Source: an uncultured Gemmatimonadota bacterium (lineage in GTDB: Bacteria > JAAXHH01). Taken from it: a DNA stretch of 64,000 bases. Both the position numbers and the translations under genes were made by a program. Location: positions 3,488,001-3,552,000 of the forward strand of contig OX638340.1 of NCBI GenBank assembly GCA_951812955.1. The letters are read 5' to 3'. The notes below the pieces were generated by a model. That model searched no databases, had not been told where the DNA came from, and was given only the letters and a program-made list of their open reading frames with translations. This document shows positions 51,952-61,757 of the stretch, piece by piece; positions within the stretch are counted from its first letter, which is position 1, and every line of letters starts with the position of its first letter.

Positions 51952-53147
51952 GGCCTGGCGGGACCTCCGTCGGGCGTGCGGGCCTGGGTCCAATTGATGA
52001 TTTCGTCCTCGCAGGGATACCGCGCTGCAAGCTTCTCGTCCACGTCGATGCCCAGGCCGGGAAGGTCGTTGGGATACATGTAGCCGCCGCGTACTTCGGG
52101 CGTGCCGGGGAAGATCTCGTATACCAGTTCATTGAAGCGGCACCACTCCTGGATGCCGAAATTCGGCGCCCACAGATCGAGGTGCAGGTTGGCGGCGTGG
52201 CCCACGGGGGAGACGTCGCCCGGTCCGTGCCACGCCGTGCGGATGCCGTACATGGCCGCCATGGCCGCGACGTTGCGGGCCGGCGTGATTCCGCCCATCT
52301 GGCTGATGTGCATGCGCAGGAAGTCGATGAGCCGTCCTTCGATCAGGGGTAGCCATTCCGCGGGATTGTTGAACAGTTCCCCCATGGCGATGGGCGTAGT
52401 GGAGGTCTGCCGCATGCGGCGGAACCACTCGTTGTCTTCGGGCGCCAGGGCATCTTCGAGGAAGAACAGGTTGTAGGGTTCGAGTTGCTTCGCGAAGACG
52501 ATGGCGTCGGCGGGCGTGAGCCGTTCGTGCACGTCATGGAGCAGTTCCACCTCGTCGCCCACGGCTGCGCGCAGGTGCTCGAACATCTTGACCGTGCGGC
52601 GCATGTAGCTTCGCGGATCGAAATAGTCGCCGGATTTCGCGCCCTCGGGCGGCGTGATCCGCGGCTTCCTTCCCCCGTATCCGCCGATCTGGCAGCGAAC
52701 GTGCCGATAGTCCTGCGCCATGTACCGCTGCACGTTTTCCGCCACTTCTGCAGGCGATGCGCCGTCGGCGTGGACATAGGTGGCCGCCGCCTCGCGGCAC
52801 TTTCCGCCGAGGAGCTGGTACACGGGCATGCCGGCCTGTTTGCCCTTGATGTCCCACAGCGCCTGGTCCATGCCGGATATGGCGTTGTTCAGTACTGGTC
52901 CGTTGCGCCAGTAGCCGTTCACCATGGCCGTCTGCCACAAGTCTTCGATGGCGTCCACTTCCTTTCCGATGAGAAAGGGCTTCAGGTGGCGTTCGATGGC
53001 TGCGTGGACGGCGTGGAACCGCTGGGTGAAGGTGGCGCAACCCAGGCCGTACAGGCCGGGTTCCGAGGTCAGGATCTTCACGACGATCAGGCGCGACCCG
53101 GCGGGCTGGGTCAGTATGGTTATCACGTCGATAATGGTCACGGGCAT
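51948..53147 (-). CDS. manD: Enolase-superfamily D-mannonate dehydratase / RspA-like protein
   Basis: Family motifs throughout: WDIKGKQAGMPVYQLLGG, ELLHDVHERLTP, FLEDALAPEDNEWFRRMRQTSTTPIAMGELF, RTAWHGPGDVSPV, LWAPNFGIQE. Confidence 0.85.
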   Translation of the reverse strand: MPVTIIDVITILTQPAGSRLIVVKILTSEPGLYGLGCATFTQRFHAVHAAIERHLKPFLIGKEVDAIEDLWQTAMVNGYWRNGPVLNNAISGMDQALWDIKGKQAGMPVYQLLGGKCREAAATYVHADGASPAEVAENVQRYMAQDYRHVRCQIGGYGGRKPRITPPEGAKSGDYFDPRSYMRRTVKMFEHLRAAVGDEVELLHDVHERLTPADAIVFAKQLEPYNLFFLEDALAPEDNEWFRRMRQTSTTPIAMGELFNNPAEWLPLIEGRLIDFLRMHISQMGGITPARNVAAMAAMYGIRTAWHGPGDVSPVGHAANLHLDLWAPNFGIQEWCRFNELVYEIFPGTPEVRGGYMYPNDLPGLGIDVDEKLAARYPCEDEIINWTQARTPDGGPARP

Positions 53148-53158
53148 GGTTGTTTAGC

Positions 53159-55798
53159 CTAAAAGGCGCCTCCGAAGAAGACTGCGTTCAGGAAAAGGCC
53201 GTTCGTGCCGTACCAGAAGGCTCTGAAATTGGGATTGTCCGCGAAGAGTATGACTGCGCCGTCGCCCAGCCGGCGGGCGATAAGCGCGGCCGTGCCGGCC
53301 AGTTCGTCGTGACGCTTCGGCGAGATGTAGCCGCTGAGCAGGGGCGAGGATGCGTACCGCGCCACCGTAGCGCCGGGTGTCCCGGACGGTTCAAAAAAGA
53401 TCTCGTGGTTGCGGAACAGGGCCGTCTGGTCGCCATAGCCGAAAGCCAGCGGGTGGGTAGTGTCCAGCGCGGCTGCGAATATGGCCCCGCCGATGCGCTG
53501 CGCGCCACGCGTGGAAGGCACCAGTTCATAGGACAGGTCGGTCGTGTCGGGCGGGCTGGCCCGGAGCCTTTCGTCGATCAATTCCTTGCCGATGAGCCAG
53601 CGAACGGCGCTCTTCCAGGCGATGAGCGTGCCGCCCTCGCGCACCCACCACTTCAGGCGATTCACGTCTTCGGTGTCCAGACCATAACTGCCCGTCACCA
53701 TGACCAGGGTCGTGTAGCGATCCAGGTCCAGGTCCGAAAAACCGTCGGCATCGACCAGGGAGACCGGGATGCCGAACCGCTCGTTGAGCAGGTGCCAGGC
53801 CTCGCCGACCTCGTATGCCCGGGTGCCGGGACCCGATAGCACCGCGATCTGCGGTTTGACCAGCACGGGGGAGGTGGGGCCGCCGAGATCACCGCCCGAT
53901 GGCGTGAGCCCCGTGTCCGCGCGATGGATGACGACATGGTCCTCCGCGACGACGCGGTCGATCAGCGCCCGGACCTGTTCGGCCGTCACCGTAGATGCCG
54001 CGTCCCGCTGGACGACGGGGATGATGATCGTACCCCGGTTGAAGGTCTGTTCCGCGTTACCCGGTCCGCCTGATCCACCCGCGCCGCCCGGGCCGCCGGT
54101 GGCCAGCGTAAAGGGCTTGCGGGCCAGCCGCGGCCGGATGCCCGCGTCCAGGATCCGGTACAGCGCGCGGGGGGCGTAGTACCGGTCCCATTCCATCAGG
54201 TAGGCGTAGGACCCGTGGCCGCCGATCAGCTGGCCGCCGTCGAAATCCGCCGCCGTGATTTCATCCCCGGCCATATCATCGGAATACCTGCGCAGTTCGC
54301 CGCTCGCGACGCCCATGGCCAGGGGCAGGGTCCAGGCCGACACGTCGTAGAAGAGGGAGTCCTCGAAAGTCGTGACCCGCTCCATGGCGGCCTTGATCAG
54401 CCGCGTCTGGGGTTGGTCCAGGGGAATGACGACCGTCCCGCCGGCCCGGAACGACCGGCCGCCGGTTCCCTCTGCCCGTCCGGTCGGCATGGCCTGCACG
54501 GTCCGTGCGAGTTCGTACACACGGACGCGATGGCGGAGCAGCATCTCCACGAGGGCCTGGGTGCGCGTGCGCGAATCGCCCAGGTCGAGGACATAGGCCT
54601 TGACGGGGTCCTGCCGGGCCGCTTCCGGCGCCGAGGCGTAGAAATCGCGCTGGTTGGAGAGCAACTCCGTCCGCAGGGCCAGGCTGCCGGCCAGCGTCGA
54701 CATGGAGGTGGTGAACTGGTTGCGGATGGTGAAGGGGAAGGTCAGCACCCCGTCGTTGGTCATCCGCTCCAGCGATCGGGCCGAGGCCTGCTCGAAGAGG
54801 ATGCCGATGGCACCGTTCACGTCCGGAAATGTGGACCCCTTCCCGTAAAAGAAGTCGTCGAAGGTCTCTTCCGAGTAATACAGCGTACCCTGGCGGTCGT
54901 GCCACTCGGCGTGGTGTTCGGCGAGCGCCGCCGTCAGCTCGAAGGTCCGCTCCGGCGTGTTTGGGTTGTTGCGGCTCGGGATCCCCGGCTGGAAGAAATA
55001 GGTGGCGTTGCTGCCCATCTCGTGAAAATCGGTCAGCACCTGGGCGCGCCAGTGGTGGAACAGGGCCACCCGGCCCTGTGACTCGGGATGCTGCGCCACG
55101 AGCCAGTCCCGGTTCAGATCGAACCAGTAATGGTTGGTCCGCCCGCCCGGCCACGGCTCCACGTGCTCCCGGTCCTGTCCGTCCCGCGTGGCCACCCGGC
55201 CCCGGTTGGCATTGACCCAGTTGACGAAGCGGTCCCGCCCATCCGGGTTGTAGTTGGGATCCAGGATGATCACGGCGCGGTCCAGCAGGGCGTCCACAGC
55301 CGGTCCGCTGCCCGCGGCCAGGTGATAGAGCACCAGCATGGCCGCCTCGGAACTGCTGCCCTCATTGCCGTGCACGCCGTAACCCATGTGGACGACGACG
55401 GGCATGGCCTCGATCATGGCGTCGGACACCGCGTCCGGCGCGTCGGACAGCCGGTGGTTGGCCAACCGGATTTCCTCCAGGCGGCCGTGGTTGGCCGGCG
55501 ACGTCACCACGGCATGGAGCAGGTGGCGCCCCTCGTAGGAGGCGCCGTGGCGGCTCACCACGACGCGGTCCGATGCCGCGGCCACCTCGCGGTAATAGGC
55601 GGCGACCAGGTGGGAACGCGTATGCGTGGCGCCCACCACGTGGCCGGTGACCGATTCGGGCCGGGGGATGGCCGGGTCGTAGGATGCGACGCCGGGTACG
55701 CGGACGTCCATGACGAAGGGCAGGTCCTGGGCCCGGGCGTTCCCGGCAACGAGGACCAGCGCGGCAATGAGCAGGGACAGCGGGCGGACTCGGAACAT
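53159..55798 (-). CDS. Secreted M14-family zinc carboxypeptidase (large, about 880 aa)
   Basis: Start taken as the ATG at 55798 (signal MFRVRPLSLLIAALVLVAGNARAQ). HxxE zinc-ligand context HMGYGVHGNEGSSSEA. ...DFHEMGS... . The longer upstream ORF extension is judged non-coding. Confidence 0.7.
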   Translation of the reverse strand: MFRVRPLSLLIAALVLVAGNARAQDLPFVMDVRVPGVASYDPAIPRPESVTGHVVGATHTRSHLVAAYYREVAAASDRVVVSRHGASYEGRHLLHAVVTSPANHGRLEEIRLANHRLSDAPDAVSDAMIEAMPVVVHMGYGVHGNEGSSSEAAMLVLYHLAAGSGPAVDALLDRAVIILDPNYNPDGRDRFVNWVNANRGRVATRDGQDREHVEPWPGGRTNHYWFDLNRDWLVAQHPESQGRVALFHHWRAQVLTDFHEMGSNATYFFQPGIPSRNNPNTPERTFELTAALAEHHAEWHDRQGTLYYSEETFDDFFYGKGSTFPDVNGAIGILFEQASARSLERMTNDGVLTFPFTIRNQFTTSMSTLAGSLALRTELLSNQRDFYASAPEAARQDPVKAYVLDLGDSRTRTQALVEMLLRHRVRVYELARTVQAMPTGRAEGTGGRSFRAGGTVVIPLDQPQTRLIKAAMERVTTFEDSLFYDVSAWTLPLAMGVASGELRRYSDDMAGDEITAADFDGGQLIGGHGSYAYLMEWDRYYAPRALYRILDAGIRPRLARKPFTLATGGPGGAGGSGGPGNAEQTFNRGTIIIPVVQRDAASTVTAEQVRALIDRVVAEDHVVIHRADTGLTPSGGDLGGPTSPVLVKPQIAVLSGPGTRAYEVGEAWHLLNERFGIPVSLVDADGFSDLDLDRYTTLVMVTGSYGLDTEDVNRLKWWVREGGTLIAWKSAVRWLIGKELIDERLRASPPDTTDLSYELVPSTRGAQRIGGAIFAAALDTTHPLAFGYGDQTALFRNHEIFFEPSGTPGATVARYASSPLLSGYISPKRHDELAGTAALIARRLGDGAVILFADNPNFRAFWYGTNGLFLNAVFFGGAF

Positions 55799-55920
55799 GG
55801 CCTTTTCCTGACTTGTAGACGGATTTTGGTCGAGCGGTTTGTGGGTAAATGTAACCGCCAAGATAAAGATCGGGGATAGCCGGAGCAAGGGATATGAGGA
55901 CGTCGAAGCGCAGGGGTGAA

Positions 55921-56015
55921 CCGTCCGCCGCCGGGGAACGCAACCGTCCGCCGCCGGGGAACGCAACCGGGCGATGCCGGCGAACGCAAAAAGGTTCCGC
56001 CGGGGATCGCGACCG
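55921..56015. repeat. About 4 tandem 23-bp units (CCGTCCGCCGCCGGGGAACGCAA x2 perfect, then CCGGGCGATGCCGGCGAACGCAA, then a degenerate fourth) in the divergent intergenic region
   Basis: Read directly. Lies between the M14 gene start (55798, -) and the GTG start at 56166 (+). Confidence 0.8.
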
Positions 56016-56165
56016 GGCGATTGCGGTCCGTTCCATTCCCGCGATCTACATGCCAGTTTGCCCTTGACGCGGTACCCGTCGACCGCGCTAATTGAAAGTC
56101 CGGCTTCCGGTTTCAATCACCTGTACATTCCATTCCGACGGGATCTGTGTCATACGGAGGTATCC

Positions 56166-57335
56166 GTGCGTATTCTGGTGATCGGCAGCGGCCTGATGGG
56201 ACCCGCGGCTGCCTACAACGCCATGGTGGACGATGCGGTGGAGCGCGTTACGGTCTGCGACCTCAGCGACGACCAGCTCGCGGCCTGCCGCGACAGGTTG
56301 AGGGACATGCCGGGAGCGGACAAAGTCGCGTACCGCAGGCTGGACATGAGCGACCGGGACGAGTCCATCGCCGTGATGAAGGACCACGGCGCAGGCGTGG
56401 CGGCCCTGCCGCGCGCGGCGAGCATGATGGCCATTCCGCTGTCGCTCGAGGCAGGCATGCCGTATATGGACCTGACCCGCGTGGCGGACGAGGAACTGGC
56501 AGGCTGGACGTCCGAGTTCGCCGGATCCGACGGGTTCGTGATCCTGGGCTGCGGGCTGGAACCGGGACTGACCGAGATCATGGCGCGCCACCTGGCCGAA
56601 TTGCTCGACCGGACCGACGAACTGCACATAGTCTGCGGCGGCATACCGGATCGGCCGGCCCCGCCCCTGGGGTACAAGATCGTATTCGGCGGCCGGCGCT
56701 TGCCCCTACGCGCGTCCACGGCCCGTGCCGTCGTCGACGGGCGCCTCGTGGACGTCCCGCGCTACTCGGATCCTGAACCGGCGGTCTTCGAAGGCGTCGG
56801 GGAATGCGAAGCCTGGCACGAGGGCTTCATGCCCTGGCTCCTGGAGTTGGAAGCCCTGAAGGGCCTTCGAGCCGGGACGCAGAAGACCGTGCGCTGGCCG
56901 GGATATGCACACAAAGTTACCGTGCTGCGCGAACTCGGCCTGCTCGGCGAGGACCCGGTGGACGTGGACGGCGTACCTGTTATACCGAAGCACGTGGTGG
57001 ACGCCGTGCTCTATCCCTCCGTGAAGATGACCCCGGAGGACCGGGACATCACGGCCTACCGCGTCACGGTGATCGGCGAAAAGGACGGGCGGCCCGCCGC
57101 GAGAACGGCAGAGATGATCGACCGCTACGACGAAGGGACGGGGTTTACCTCCATGGCGCGGACCACGGCCTTCACCGCGGCCATCGCAGCGCGCATGGCG
57201 GCCCGGGGCGACCTCGCCCATCCGGGCAGTCCTTTCGTGACCCCCGAACAGGCGATTTACGGGGACCGGTATCATATGATGATCGACGAACTCGAGCGGA
57301 TGGACGTGCGGTTCAGGATCAGCGGTACTGATTAG
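56166..57335 (+). CDS. Saccharopine dehydrogenase-like NAD(P)-binding oxidoreductase
   Basis: GTG start with GGAGGT RBS. Rossmann N-terminus VRILVIGSGLMGPAAAYNAMVDD. Overall Sacchrp_dh-like layout. Confidence 0.6.
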   Translation: MRILVIGSGLMGPAAAYNAMVDDAVERVTVCDLSDDQLAACRDRLRDMPGADKVAYRRLDMSDRDESIAVMKDHGAGVAALPRAASMMAIPLSLEAGMPYMDLTRVADEELAGWTSEFAGSDGFVILGCGLEPGLTEIMARHLAELLDRTDELHIVCGGIPDRPAPPLGYKIVFGGRRLPLRASTARAVVDGRLVDVPRYSDPEPAVFEGVGECEAWHEGFMPWLLELEALKGLRAGTQKTVRWPGYAHKVTVLRELGLLGEDPVDVDGVPVIPKHVVDAVLYPSVKMTPEDRDITAYRVTVIGEKDGRPAARTAEMIDRYDEGTGFTSMARTTAFTAAIAARMAARGDLAHPGSPFVTPEQAIYGDRYHMMIDELERMDVRFRISGTD

Positions 57336-57430
57336 ACCGGGGCCGGTTACGATACTATAACGAATTAGCGCCAGAGCCGGGCCGGATTCGCGGTGAACCA
57401 AGTGATGAGCAGATCGCGGGAGGAACACGC

Positions 57431-58267
57431 GTGAAGAATTCTGACGAAAAGCAACCGGCGGCCACCGGTAAGAAAAAGAAGAAGAAGAATAAGCTGAGCC
57501 GCGAGGCCTACGAGGCGGAGTTGGCCCGCCTGCAGGTCGAGTTGTCCAAACTGCAGGAATGGGTGGTCGGCCAGGGCAAAAAAGTGGTGGTCATCTTCGA
57601 GGGTCGCGACGCGGCCGGCAAGGGGGGCACCATCTCCCGCATCACCGCGCGGCTGAATCACCGCGTCTGCCGCGTGGCCGCGCTGGCCAAGCCGACGGAC
57701 CGGGAACAGTCGCAGTGGTACTTCCAACGTTACGTGGCCCAACTGCCCTCGGCGGGCGAGATCGTGCTCTTCGACCGGAGCTGGTACAACCGGGCCGGCG
57801 TCGACCGGGTGATGGGGTTCTGCACCGAGGAGGAGTACCGGGAATTCCTCCGGACCTGTCCCCAGTTCGAGCGCATGCTCGTGCGTTCCGGCATCAAGTT
57901 AATCAAGTACTGGTTCTCGGTGAGCGCGAAGGAGCAGGAACGGCGGTTCAAGAACCGGATCAAGGATCCCCTCAAGAGCTGGAAGTTCAGCGACATGGAC
58001 CGGCAGTCCTACATGAAGTGGGACGAATATTCGCTCGCCAAGGACGAAATGATGAACTACACGGACATCAATCAGGCGCCCTGGTACGTCGTGCCGTCGG
58101 ACAGCAAGCGCCGCGCCCGGCTGAACTGCATCACCCACCTGCTCAGCCTCTTCCCCTACGACGAGAATCCCCCAACGTCGGGCATCGAACTGCCGGACCG
58201 CGATACAGACTCCGGCTATGTCCGTCCCCCCATGGACGATCAGCGATTCATTCCTGAATTTTACTGA
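57431..58267 (+). CDS. ppk2: Polyphosphate kinase 2 (PPK2 family, polyphosphate:nucleotide phosphotransferase)
   Basis: Walker A-like IFEGRDAAGKGGTISRI. AKPTDREQSQWYFQRYVAQLPSAGEIVLFDRSWYNRAGVDRVMGFCTEEEY is typical of PPK2. GTG start with GGGAGG RBS. Confidence 0.85.
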   Translation: MKNSDEKQPAATGKKKKKKNKLSREAYEAELARLQVELSKLQEWVVGQGKKVVVIFEGRDAAGKGGTISRITARLNHRVCRVAALAKPTDREQSQWYFQRYVAQLPSAGEIVLFDRSWYNRAGVDRVMGFCTEEEYREFLRTCPQFERMLVRSGIKLIKYWFSVSAKEQERRFKNRIKDPLKSWKFSDMDRQSYMKWDEYSLAKDEMMNYTDINQAPWYVVPSDSKRRARLNCITHLLSLFPYDENPPTSGIELPDRDTDSGYVRPPMDDQRFIPEFY

Positions 58268-58367
58268 GTGCAGTGTGGAACTTGATTCGAGCGGCCTGGC
58301 GGACCTGAATGAACCTGTGCCGCCGGGTTCCGGTCCGCCGCCGAGCCTGGCGGCTCCCGCTCCGGGC

Positions 58368-60140
58368 CTATTTGATGATCTCGTCCAGGATGCGTCCGTC
58401 GCGCCCCGATGGTTGCGTGATCCGGAGCAGGTTGCCGATCGTGGGCGTGATATCGGCCGTGTCCACGCGGTGGCGGTAGTGGCCGGGGGCGATCCACGGT
58501 CCGTGGAACATGACCGGCACGTGGAGATCGTATTCGTGGGGCCATCCGTGTGACGTACCTTCGGTGGCCGAACCGTACTCCCCGAGGAGCAGGTAGAATG
58601 GCGTGGCAACAAGCATGACGTCGCCGCTGTTCTCGGTATGGAAGCTGTGGTAGACGGCTTTCGTGAGGTCGGACTCCGGAAGTTGCCGCCGCTCGATGTG
58701 GTGCCGGGTGTAGGCACGCCAGACGGCCGGGTGTGCGACGATTGCTTCGGCCACCGTTTTTTCAACTTCCGCGTGGCTCAGGCCGTGGCGGGCGATGGCG
58801 TCGTAGTTGAGATAGAGACCCGATTCCGCCAGGTGTTCCACCCAGTCCTCGTCGCCGTGCAGTCCGTCCAGGGCTTCCTCCACCAGCGCCGTCAGGGGTT
58901 CGGGCCCGGCGCGTCCTGCCTCGAGGCCTTCGAGACGCAGCTGTTCCGGTAACGCCAGCACGCCGTGGTCGGCCGTCAGGACGAGGAGGGTCTGTTCCAG
59001 TCCCACGCGGTCATCCAGGAAGGCGAAGAAGTCGGCCAACTGTCGGTCCGTGCGCAGAGTGGCATCCATGGCTTCCTGGCTGAAGGGTCCGAAGTCGTGG
59101 CCTATATAGTCATTGGCCGAAAGGCAGATGACCAGGACGTCCGGTATGTCGTCCTGCCCGAGTTCTTCTTCGATGATCGCCTGCCGGGAGAATTCCAACT
59201 GATAGTCCGTGGACCAGGGAGTATGCTTGAAAGCGTTCCAGTAACGCGGACCGGGTGCTTCCAGCCCGCCTTTCGTCACATGAGGGAAGGTGATCCCGCT
59301 GTCCCGGTTGTCCTCCTCGCCCTCGCGGACGTCCGGTCCCGCCCGGTCGAGGTAGAGTTGCTCGGGCATCAGGCGTTCCCATTTGCGGCCGAAGGACTGG
59401 TCCGGCAGCTTACGGTCGTTGAAGCGCTTGACCCAGCCGGGCAGGTCATCCATGAAGTAGCTGCTCGACGTGATCCGGCCCAGGGACGCCTCGAACCAGT
59501 ATGGCGCGCCCAGCTTCCCGGCGGAGATCATGGCGCTGTAGTCCTTGAGGGAAATGGATATGGCCTTGCCCCGGTAACGGGTGGCCATACGCAGTTCGTC
59601 GGCCAGCGAAGATCCTTTGAGCTGCCGGGTTGAGGCGCGGCCGTTCTCGGTGGGTTCCTTGCCGAGGATGTGGCTCTCCGGGTCCACAAGGGACGGCTGA
59701 AACACGCCCCTGGACCGGTTGTACCACCAGTTGTTGACCATCCCGGTCTTGTGGGCATAGGTGCCGGAGGTGATCACGCTGTGGCCCGGCGAGGTGGAAG
59801 CGTGAACGTGGCTGAACCGGGCGTCCTGCATCCACGCGCCATGGTCCATGAACCGGCGGAAGCCGTCCTCCACGTAGAGGTCTTCGAACCGCTGCAGGAA
59901 GTCGTAGCGGAACTGGTCGATGATGATCAGCACCGCGAGCCGCGGCGGGGCCGCCGGTTGGGTCGCGGGTGCCTCCTGCGATTGCGAAACGGTCGCTTCC
60001 TGCGTAGTCTTTAGCCCTGGCGAATCACCGAGTGGATCGCCGGGAGCGCCGGGGGCGCTGCTCCAGGCGTCGAACGGAAAGACGATCAAAAGGGACAAGG
60101 TCAATCCCGTTTTGAAGATTCCAGCGATGGACATGGCCAA
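58368..60140 (-). CDS. Secreted alkaline-phosphatase-superfamily enzyme (PafA/NPP-like phosphatase/phosphodiesterase)
   Basis: Signal peptide. FSHVHASTSPGHSVITSGTYAHKTGMVNNWW (nucleophile-region style). VICLSANDYIGHDFG. LLVLTADHG. Confidence 0.7.
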   Translation of the reverse strand: MAMSIAGIFKTGLTLSLLIVFPFDAWSSAPGAPGDPLGDSPGLKTTQEATVSQSQEAPATQPAAPPRLAVLIIIDQFRYDFLQRFEDLYVEDGFRRFMDHGAWMQDARFSHVHASTSPGHSVITSGTYAHKTGMVNNWWYNRSRGVFQPSLVDPESHILGKEPTENGRASTRQLKGSSLADELRMATRYRGKAISISLKDYSAMISAGKLGAPYWFEASLGRITSSSYFMDDLPGWVKRFNDRKLPDQSFGRKWERLMPEQLYLDRAGPDVREGEEDNRDSGITFPHVTKGGLEAPGPRYWNAFKHTPWSTDYQLEFSRQAIIEEELGQDDIPDVLVICLSANDYIGHDFGPFSQEAMDATLRTDRQLADFFAFLDDRVGLEQTLLVLTADHGVLALPEQLRLEGLEAGRAGPEPLTALVEEALDGLHGDEDWVEHLAESGLYLNYDAIARHGLSHAEVEKTVAEAIVAHPAVWRAYTRHHIERRQLPESDLTKAVYHSFHTENSGDVMLVATPFYLLLGEYGSATEGTSHGWPHEYDLHVPVMFHGPWIAPGHYRHRVDTADITPTIGNLLRITQPSGRDGRILDEIIK

Positions 60141-60411
60141 TCCTTTCTGAACTCAATGCGGATTTGATTCTGTTTTATGTTTCTTATTCGAGATTCTACA
60201 AAGTTCTCCGACTAATCTATTAACAAAACAACCGGCACTTCGATCCATCGCCCGGTTCGCAGTTGCCGGTCGATTTGCGGCGACGGGAGTTAAAACGGGA
60301 TCGAGGGTCGATTCGTAGATTCAAGATAGCGTCATATCGGAAGTTGTCAACGACGGTACGGCGACATGCGAGGAGCGCGCCACTGGAAGGCTGACCGGGA
60401 AATCGCCGCGG

Positions 60412-61716
60412 TCAGGAAGTTGACGATCGCTGCCTGATCCGGTGCAGCATAGCGATGAGGTGATCACGAAAGACGCTGCCGGCATCGTGTTCGAAGGGAA
60501 GGTGGCGGCAGATGCGCGGCGCGAACACCGCCGCATACCAACCGAAACCTTTCTGGTCGAAGTCCTGTGGCCGCGCGAGGTAACCGACGGTCTCGTTGGC
60601 GTATCCGATTACCAAGGTGTGCGCGAAAGGTGACGCCGCCTGGACCTGTTTGCCGTAGGTCAGGAACAGCTCGAGCGGATGGGCGAGCAGCACGGCGTCG
60701 TTGATACGCATCCACGAAACGTGGAACTCCAGCCTCAGGGGATGGGGGCCGTCGAGCAGTTCAAGACGTTGCACGCGCCAGTCCACTTCGAACCGGAGTT
60801 TTCGAAGTTCCTCGGGTTTCTCGTCGCGCTTGGCGGTCTTGAGGCGATTCCGGTAATCGTCAAGCTCGGTTTCCAGCACGGCGCGGTCAGGCACAGCCGT
60901 GGGCAGGGCGATTTCGTAGGTGTCGCCGTCCAGATCCACGTCGTCGTGGGTCTCGATGCCATCCAGGGCCGGGAGGACGTGATCGCAAAGGAGTGAACCG
61001 TTCGCCTTCATCATCTCCATGCCTTCGCCGAATCCCCGGCAATTTAGATCGCCGCAGCTGCCCTGGAAGAAGAGTGCCCGCAGGTCCTCGCGTTCACTCT
61101 CCATCTTCCCGATGGCGTCGGCCGGATAGTCGCCGCAGATTACGGTGTCGGCGCCGAGCGTGACGGGGTGGGCGCCGAAGTTGATCACGGCCGCGCGCAT
61201 CCGTCCCCGGAGGTCGTCGATGCGCATCAGCAGCGCTTTATCGTCAGCCTCGCCTCCCTCGTCGACCCGGTTGACGGAAAGACCTGGAACGTGCGTCCCG
61301 CCGAACCCCACGCGTCCGGGTTCCAGGTTCGACACGGCCTGCCCGATGGCGTCGGCGAACCGCCCGGGTAACGCCGCCGTGTATTCCTCGTCCCATTTCC
61401 CCCAGGCCACGGTCTTCATGGTGGCTGGACCGGAGTGGGTATGGGTATTGGTGATTATCACGCGGGACGGTTCGAGTCCGAATCGGCTTCGGACGATGCG
61501 GTGGGTTTCGTCGACGAGGGAACGGTCGGTCCAGACCAGGTCGTTCGATACCCATACGTAGATACGATTGCCGTCCGACAGCGCCAGGGCCGTGGCGTGG
61601 AGGTCCTGGTGGACCGCGGTGGACCGCCGCTCGATATAGGGTCCGTAACCGCAGAGCTCAACGCCCGTGGGCGGAGTAATGACGGTTCGGCCCGTGCCGA
61701 ATTGCAACTGGGGCAT
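60412..61716 (-). CDS. Neutral/alkaline ceramidase N-terminal-domain-like protein
   Basis: GYGPYIERRSTAVHQDLHATALALSDGNRIYVWVSNDLVW...VIITNTHTHSGP. Confidence 0.5.
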   Translation of the reverse strand: MPQLQFGTGRTVITPPTGVELCGYGPYIERRSTAVHQDLHATALALSDGNRIYVWVSNDLVWTDRSLVDETHRIVRSRFGLEPSRVIITNTHTHSGPATMKTVAWGKWDEEYTAALPGRFADAIGQAVSNLEPGRVGFGGTHVPGLSVNRVDEGGEADDKALLMRIDDLRGRMRAAVINFGAHPVTLGADTVICGDYPADAIGKMESEREDLRALFFQGSCGDLNCRGFGEGMEMMKANGSLLCDHVLPALDGIETHDDVDLDGDTYEIALPTAVPDRAVLETELDDYRNRLKTAKRDEKPEELRKLRFEVDWRVQRLELLDGPHPLRLEFHVSWMRINDAVLLAHPLELFLTYGKQVQAASPFAHTLVIGYANETVGYLARPQDFDQKGFGWYAAVFAPRICRHLPFEHDAGSVFRDHLIAMLHRIRQRSSTS

Positions 61717-61757
61717 GGTGGGTTCTGATTTGAGGTGGCGCGGAATTGGACGGACGC

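Noticed and set aside
55799-56116. N-terminal 106-codon extension of the M14 peptidase ORF (MKPEAGLSIS...)
   Set aside because: The extension is Arg/Pro-rich with no signal-peptide character. It overlaps the 23-bp repeat array and the divergent promoter. An internal ATG at 55798 gives a canonical signal peptide, so the extension is judged non-coding.
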